Assembly (NCBI GenBank): GCA_963815115.1
Contig: CAWFFN010000009.1
Location: forward strand, 192,001 to 256,000
Direction: 5' to 3'
Source of the DNA: an uncultured delta proteobacterium
GTDB lineage: Bacteria > Desulfobacterota > Binatia > DP-6
DNA: 64,000 nt
In this document: positions 63,101 through 64,000 of the stretch, in pieces
How positions within the stretch are numbered: position 1 is the stretch's first letter
Layout of the letters: the number at the start of each line of letters is the position of its first letter
The notes under the pieces: model-generated
Databases searched by the model: none
Told to the model about the DNA's origin: nothing
What the model saw: only the letters and a program-made list of their open reading frames with translations
Program-made: the position numbers and the translations under genes

Positions 63101-63470
63101 CATCGTGTTGCGCAAGGCGTACGGCCTGGGTGCCCAGGCCATGGCGGGGGGCAGCTTCAAGGTCCCGGCGCTCGCCGTCTCCTGGCCGACCGGCGAGTTC
63201 GGCGGGATGGGCCTCGAGGGATCGGTGAAGCTCGGCTACCGCAACGAGCTCGCCGCCATCACCGATGCCGCGGAGCGACGGAGCGCCTTCGAGCAGATGG
63301 TCGCCCGCGCGTACGAGCACGGGAAGGCGCTCAACGTCGCCTCGGTCTTCGAGATCGACGACGTCATCGACCCGGCGGAGTCGCGTGGGCGGATCGCGGG
63401 CGTCCTGGGCGCGCTTCCGCCGCCGGTCCGCCGTGAAACCAAGAAGCGCCCGTGCGTCGACACGTGGTGA
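60114..63470 (+). CDS. Single-chain acyl-CoA carboxylase (biotin carboxylase + BCCP + carboxyltransferase)
   Basis: LIANRGEIA, HPGYGFLSEN, GGGGRGM, RLQVEH, EAMKM biotin site, YDYTVLAGTQG, DTPG. Confidence 0.92.
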   Translation: MLPKRLLIANRGEIAIRIARAAGELGIATVTVFSADDAAALHVRRGDRSRALDGVGPAAYLDGAGIVAAAADEGCDAIHPGYGFLSENAAFARRCREAGMIFVGPRSDLLDLFGDKAQARALAARCAVPVLAGTSGPTTVDEARAFVAALGEGDAALIKAVAGGGGRGMRVVARTQDVAEAWERCRSEALQAFGTGDLYVERLMPHARHVEVQVLGDGNGAVSHLWERECTLQRRHQKLVEVAPAPGLASGLRARLLEAALRVAREVRFDNLGTFEFLVDAATAGDGAAFAFIEANPRLQVEHTVTEEVTGADLVKLQLRLAAGCSLADLGLEAEPSGPRGFAVQARVNTETIAPDGSVRPAGGTLGVFELPSGPGIRVDTAGHVGYRTNPRFDSLLAKVVGHTTAASFAEAVGRTARALDEFRIEGVATNVGFLRRLLAHPEVLANRIDTGFVTEHVAELAAPGGGPGGSTSSAAFAGAKVDSIDPLAVLVHGKSVAARSTAALGPESGGGAEIVAPMQGTIVSIDVREGDPVYADTQLLVMEAMKMEHVVRARAGGIVRHVLVHVGDAVLEGSPLLLVEESSDELAGTAAPEEIDLDEVRADLADAQRRQQLTQDAARPDAVARRRATGQRTARENVADLCDPGSFIEYGSLAIAAQRRRRPVDELIARTPADGLVAGIGRVNGDLVGEERGRCVVMSYDYTVLAGTQGLQNHRKKDRMFELAEAWRLPVVLFAEGGGGRPGDTDASAVASLDTMAFHYFGRLSGLVPLVGVVSGRCFAGNAALLGCCDVVIATGDANIGMGGPAMIEGGGLGVFRPEEVGPVQVQAPNGVIDVLVADEEEAVRVAKRYLSFFQGPVGGWECADQRLLRRLVPENRLRAYDVRAVIDTLADTGSVLELRRRFGRGMVTALVRIEGRPMGVVANDPTHLGGAIDSDGSDKAARFMQLCDAFDLPVVMLCDTPGMMVGPEVEKTALVRHCCRLFVTGASLSVPIVTIVLRKAYGLGAQAMAGGSFKVPALAVSWPTGEFGGMGLEGSVKLGYRNELAAITDAAERRSAFEQMVARAYEHGKALNVASVFEIDDVIDPAESRGRIAGVLGALPPPVRRETKKRPCVDTW

Positions 63471-63514
63471 GCGTGGCTAGCGGCGACGCCGCGAGGCCGG
63501 CGGCGGTTTCTTCC

Positions 63515-63772
63515 TCTTCCGCCTACCACCCAGGTAGCGCACCCCGAGGTCGTCGAACGCGCGCACCAGATCGCGAAAGTCTCGTGCCAGATCGATCCGG
63601 CTTCCGGCCACTCAACCTCCACTGGTCCACGCTCAGGTGAAAGGCGAAGACGAGGCGCTCGTCGAGCGGGATGCGATCCCACCAGGCGTCGTCGTCTGCG
63701 GCGAGGGTTCGCGCTTCCGGCGTCCCGGGTCGAACCGTTCGGGCGCTGACGTCGGGAGTGCCTGGGAGCCAC
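63515..63772 (-). pseudogene. Degraded small hypothetical gene plus the N-terminal stub of a nucleotidyltransferase-like gene
   Basis: Uncalled minus frame PDVSARTVRPGTPEARTLAADDDAWWDRIPLDERL..LSVDQWRLSG without an in-frame start; overlapping LARDFRDLVRAFDDLGVRYL/VVGG, then truncated. Confidence 0.5.
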
Positions 63773-63861
63773 GGACGGTAGTTTACCAGCTCGCGGGGTG
63801 TGGGGGCGACCGGCGTGGGCGCGCTTCACCTGGCAAGGCAGGTCATGGCAGAGTGCCCTGC

Positions 63862-64000
63862 ATGGCGGCTCCCTACGTGCACTTTCCGGCACTGCTCTCC
63901 GACGGTGACGCCGAGGCCATGCTCCGGCTCTGCGAGCGCTTCGGCAGCTACGGGATGTACGGGCAGAAGCCCGTCGAGGAAGAGCTCGGCCGTGGGCTCT
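63862..64000 (+). CDS. Hypothetical protein, truncated by window edge
   Basis: ATG opens MAAPYVHFPALLSDGDAEAMLRLCERFGSYGMYG.. and stays open to the end. Confidence 0.55.
   Translation, partial: MAAPYVHFPALLSDGDAEAMLRLCERFGSYGMYGQKPVEEELGRGL

Noticed and set aside
63600-63700. Possible glycine-riboswitch-like words (CTCAGG, CGAAG)
   Set aside because: Motif order and the GGAGA element do not fit; the region is better explained as a minus-strand gene remnant

Overview
Very GC-rich, gene-dense bacterial window. The gene content (SCP2, thiolase/DUF35, Uma2, secreted Cys-rich repeat protein) resembles Candidatus Binatia or related deltaproteobacteria; this is an inference. Housekeeping genes: eno, asd, mutY, glmU-glmS, ribBA-like, dsbD, hslO, mutS2, cstA. 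Accessory blocks: (i) envelope-modification genes (two ArnT-like glycosyltransferases, an Omp85-type barrel, and an LnmK-like enzyme + ACP + MBOAT trio); (ii) a ~16 kb region with two ECF42-type sigma factors, three YciI/DGPF genes, three matching (T/C)GTCGA-N17-CG(A/T)C promoters, a large cyclase-STAND-SnoaL protein, and an octaheme HAO-like cytochrome with a duplicated 4-His membrane partner; (iii) a VapBC pair just downstream of glmS; (iv) lipid-catabolism genes. The main non-coding signal is a ~100-120 bp multi-hairpin repeat present four times, two copies forming an inverted pair. Several single-base frameshifts may be assembly errors. I saw no rRNA, tRNA, CRISPR array or transposase. All product calls come from motif recognition by eye, not from database searches.
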